From the NCBI GenBank assembly GCA_963777505.1, contig CAVZQN010000006.1, positions 96,001 through 160,000 on the forward strand: a stretch of DNA of 64,000 nucleotides, in the 5' to 3' direction. Shown here one piece after another: positions 63,261-64,000 of the stretch; position 1 is the first letter of the stretch; every line of letters begins with the position of its first letter. The position numbers were made by a program, and so were the translations under genes. The notes beneath the pieces were generated by a model. That model saw only the letters and a program-made list of their open reading frames with translations. It was not told the origin of the DNA and did not search any database. This DNA is from an uncultured bacterium (GTDB taxonomy: Bacteria; Acidobacteriota; HRBIN11; JAKEFK01).

Positions 63261-64000
63261 TTATTCTTGAAGAAGTGCTGATCCGCGTGAAGGGAAAAAA
63301 CCACTGGGGAAAAATTGATTCGTTTTTTCGAGCAAATATTCATTGATCTCTTGCGCTGTTGACAGAGTGAGGCAGTGTTCAAAGACTTCACGGGCGTCTG
63401 AATACTTTACGGATCGGACAATTTGTTTAATCAAAGGAATAGAAACTGGATTCATCGAAAGCTCATCAAGCCCCAGTCCCAGAAGGACCAGTGAATATTG
63501 CGGATCGGACGCCATTTCTCCGCATAGACCCACCTTAACACCAGCTTCATGCGCCTTATCAACAATGAACTTCATGATCCGGATCACCGTAGGATGCATC
63601 GGATCATATAAATAAGAAAGATGATCATTGTTTCTATCTACAGCCAGCAAATACTGAATTAAGTCATTTGTACCGATACTGAAAAAATCTACTTCCTGTG
63701 CCAGTAGATCTGCAGTTAAACCCGCAGATGGAACTTCAACCATAATTCCCACAGAAATGCTTTCATTGAAATCAATCTTCTTGATTCGCAATTCTTCTTT
63801 AGCTTCTTCAAGAGTCGCACGAGCTTGCCGAAGTTCACTGAGCCCTGAAATCATAGGAAACATGATTTTCAAACGCCCAAAAACACTCGCGCGCAAAAGA
63901 GCCCGAAGCTGTATTTTAAACATCTCTCTTTTTTGAAGACAGAAACGGATGCCGCGATTTCCCAGGGCTGGATTTGGTTCGCGATTGACTCCCATACCCA
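63261..64000 (-). CDS. ptsI: PTS enzyme I, C-terminal part (truncated by window edge)
   Basis: EPNPALGNRGIR, MFPM, GIMVEVP, FSIGTNDLIQY, CGEMA. Confidence 0.92.
   Translation of the reverse strand, partial: GMGVNREPNPALGNRGIRFCLQKREMFKIQLRALLRASVFGRLKIMFPMISGLSELRQARATLEEAKEELRIKKIDFNESISVGIMVEVPSAGLTADLLAQEVDFFSIGTNDLIQYLLAVDRNNDHLSYLYDPMHPTVIRIMKFIVDKAHEAGVKVGLCGEMASDPQYSLVLLGLGLDELSMNPVSIPLIKQIVRSVKYSDAREVFEHCLTLSTAQEINEYLLEKTNQFFPSGFFPSRGSALLQE

Overview
Replication-origin region of a diderm bacterium (lpxD present; moderate GC, roughly low-to-mid 40s % by eye). Gene content, gene order and the DnaA domain IV motif suggest Acidobacteriota, which is an inference. The left part holds gyrA-gyrB-recF-dnaN-dnaA on the minus strand, with a recognisable oriC unwinding element (DnaA box, GC cluster, DnaA-trios, AT tract) between dnaA and dnaN. 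The rpmH-rnpA-yidD-yidC-jag-mnmE-mnmG-rsmG-parS-parA-parB-bactofilin block is still divergent from dnaA but lies about 20.7 kb away, behind a housekeeping block (polA, pepP, carD, dapF, hslUV, an OPT transporter and a REC-kinase fusion). Between bactofilin and the partial ATP synthase operon (atpF'FHAGDC) sits an uncharacterised envelope-glycosylation-like cluster: two paralogous GT-C enzymes bracketing a lyase/epimerase-like alpha/alpha protein, a SAM methyltransferase and a flippase-like protein. The window also encodes several eukaryote-like Ser/Thr signalling proteins and carries at least two families of short dispersed intergenic repeats. Three genes (recF, an Fn3 lipoprotein, OPT) have single-base frameshifts that look like consensus artefacts. 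No tRNA, rRNA, CRISPR array or transposase was found.
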